Shown here one piece after another: positions 63,397 to 64,000 of a stretch of DNA of 64,000 bases (positions within the stretch are counted from its first letter, which is position 1; each line of letters begins with the position of its first letter). A program made the position numbers and the translations under genes. The notes under the pieces are model-generated. The model was not told where the DNA came from. It worked only from the letters and a program-made list of their open reading frames with translations, and made no database searches. Source of the stretch: Leucoraja erinacea (Eukaryota); assembly GCF_028641065.1 (NCBI RefSeq), contig NC_073392.1:4216001-4280000 (forward strand). Direction: 5' to 3'.

Positions 63397-63865
63397 CAAT
63401 AGACAATAGGTGCAGGAGTAGGCCATTCGGCCCTTCGAGCCAGCACCGCCATTCAATGTGATCATGGCTGATCATCCCCAATCAGTAGCCCGTTCCTGCC
63501 TTCTCCCCATATCCACTGACTCCGCTATTTTTAAGAGCCCGATCTAGCTCTCTCTTGAAAGCATCCAGAGAACCGGCCTCCACCGCCCTCTGAGGCAGAG
63601 AATTCCTTAGACTCACCACTCTTTGCGAGAAAAAGTGTTTCCTCGACTCCGTTCTAAATGGCTTAATCCTTATTCATAAACTGTGGCCGCTGGTTCTGGA
63701 CTCCCCCGACATCGGGAACATGTTTCCTGCCTCCAGCGTGTCCAAACCCTTAATAATCTTATATGAGATACCCTCTCATCCTTCTAAACTCCAGAGTGTA
63801 CAAGCCCAGCAGCTCCATTCTCTCAGCATATGACAGTCCCGCCATCCCGGGAATTAACCTTGTAA
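63397..63865 (-). mobile_element. CR1 3' fragment (inverted relative to a CR1 tail at 63049-63142)
   Basis: Same subfamily as 10185-10660, with a (caataga)n tail. Confidence 0.9.
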
Positions 63866-64000
63866 CTGGTGGGGCAAAGGAAAGATAGAGAGAGAAATAG
63901 AAGGGGGAGTGTTACTTAAAATGTGAATTGGATATAAAGCCACCAAAGGCAGGCCGTCCTGTGCTGAATAATTCCACGATTCTAAATATAAGCTATTCCC

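Larger units (their letters stand above)
26445..64000 (-). other. Probable FHIT intron upstream of the HIT exon (previous exon not found)
   Basis: No DGPEAGQTVK-like 30-bp exon or EKHF-containing exon was recognised. It could lie beyond 64 kb or be hidden in the garbled or gap segments. Confidence 0.5.

Overview
This is eukaryotic vertebrate DNA, not prokaryotic. The repeat content points to a cartilaginous fish, probably a skate or ray (HE1-type V-SINEs, HER1/CR1 LINEs); the species is an inference. I can support only one host coding exon: a 69-bp minus-strand exon at 26376-26444 encoding [23 protein letters not shown]. It matches the histidine-triad exon of FHIT (human exon 8), and the rest of the window looks like its two large flanking introns. 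These are filled with truncated CR1 LINEs (longest about 2.2 kb, with an RT domain), Rex1-like and L2 LINE fragments, HE1 SINEs, two hAT MITEs with 8-bp TSDs, and a TA-flanked MITE group with shared TIRs. There are also many short Penelope-like element (PLE) remnants, often palindromic, that carry a minimal hammerhead-ribozyme-like core. One PLE arm has expanded into a 66-bp minisatellite with a higher-order repeat, 2 kb from the FHIT exon. About 30.4-37.15 kb and 39.9-43.9 kb look like unpolished, insertion-rich long-read sequence, and there is a 255-N gap, so ORFs there should not be trusted. I found no CRISPR array, tRNA, rRNA or intact autonomous element. Most repeat boundaries are approximate unless a TSD or TIR fixes them, and all family assignments come from recalled motifs, not database searches.
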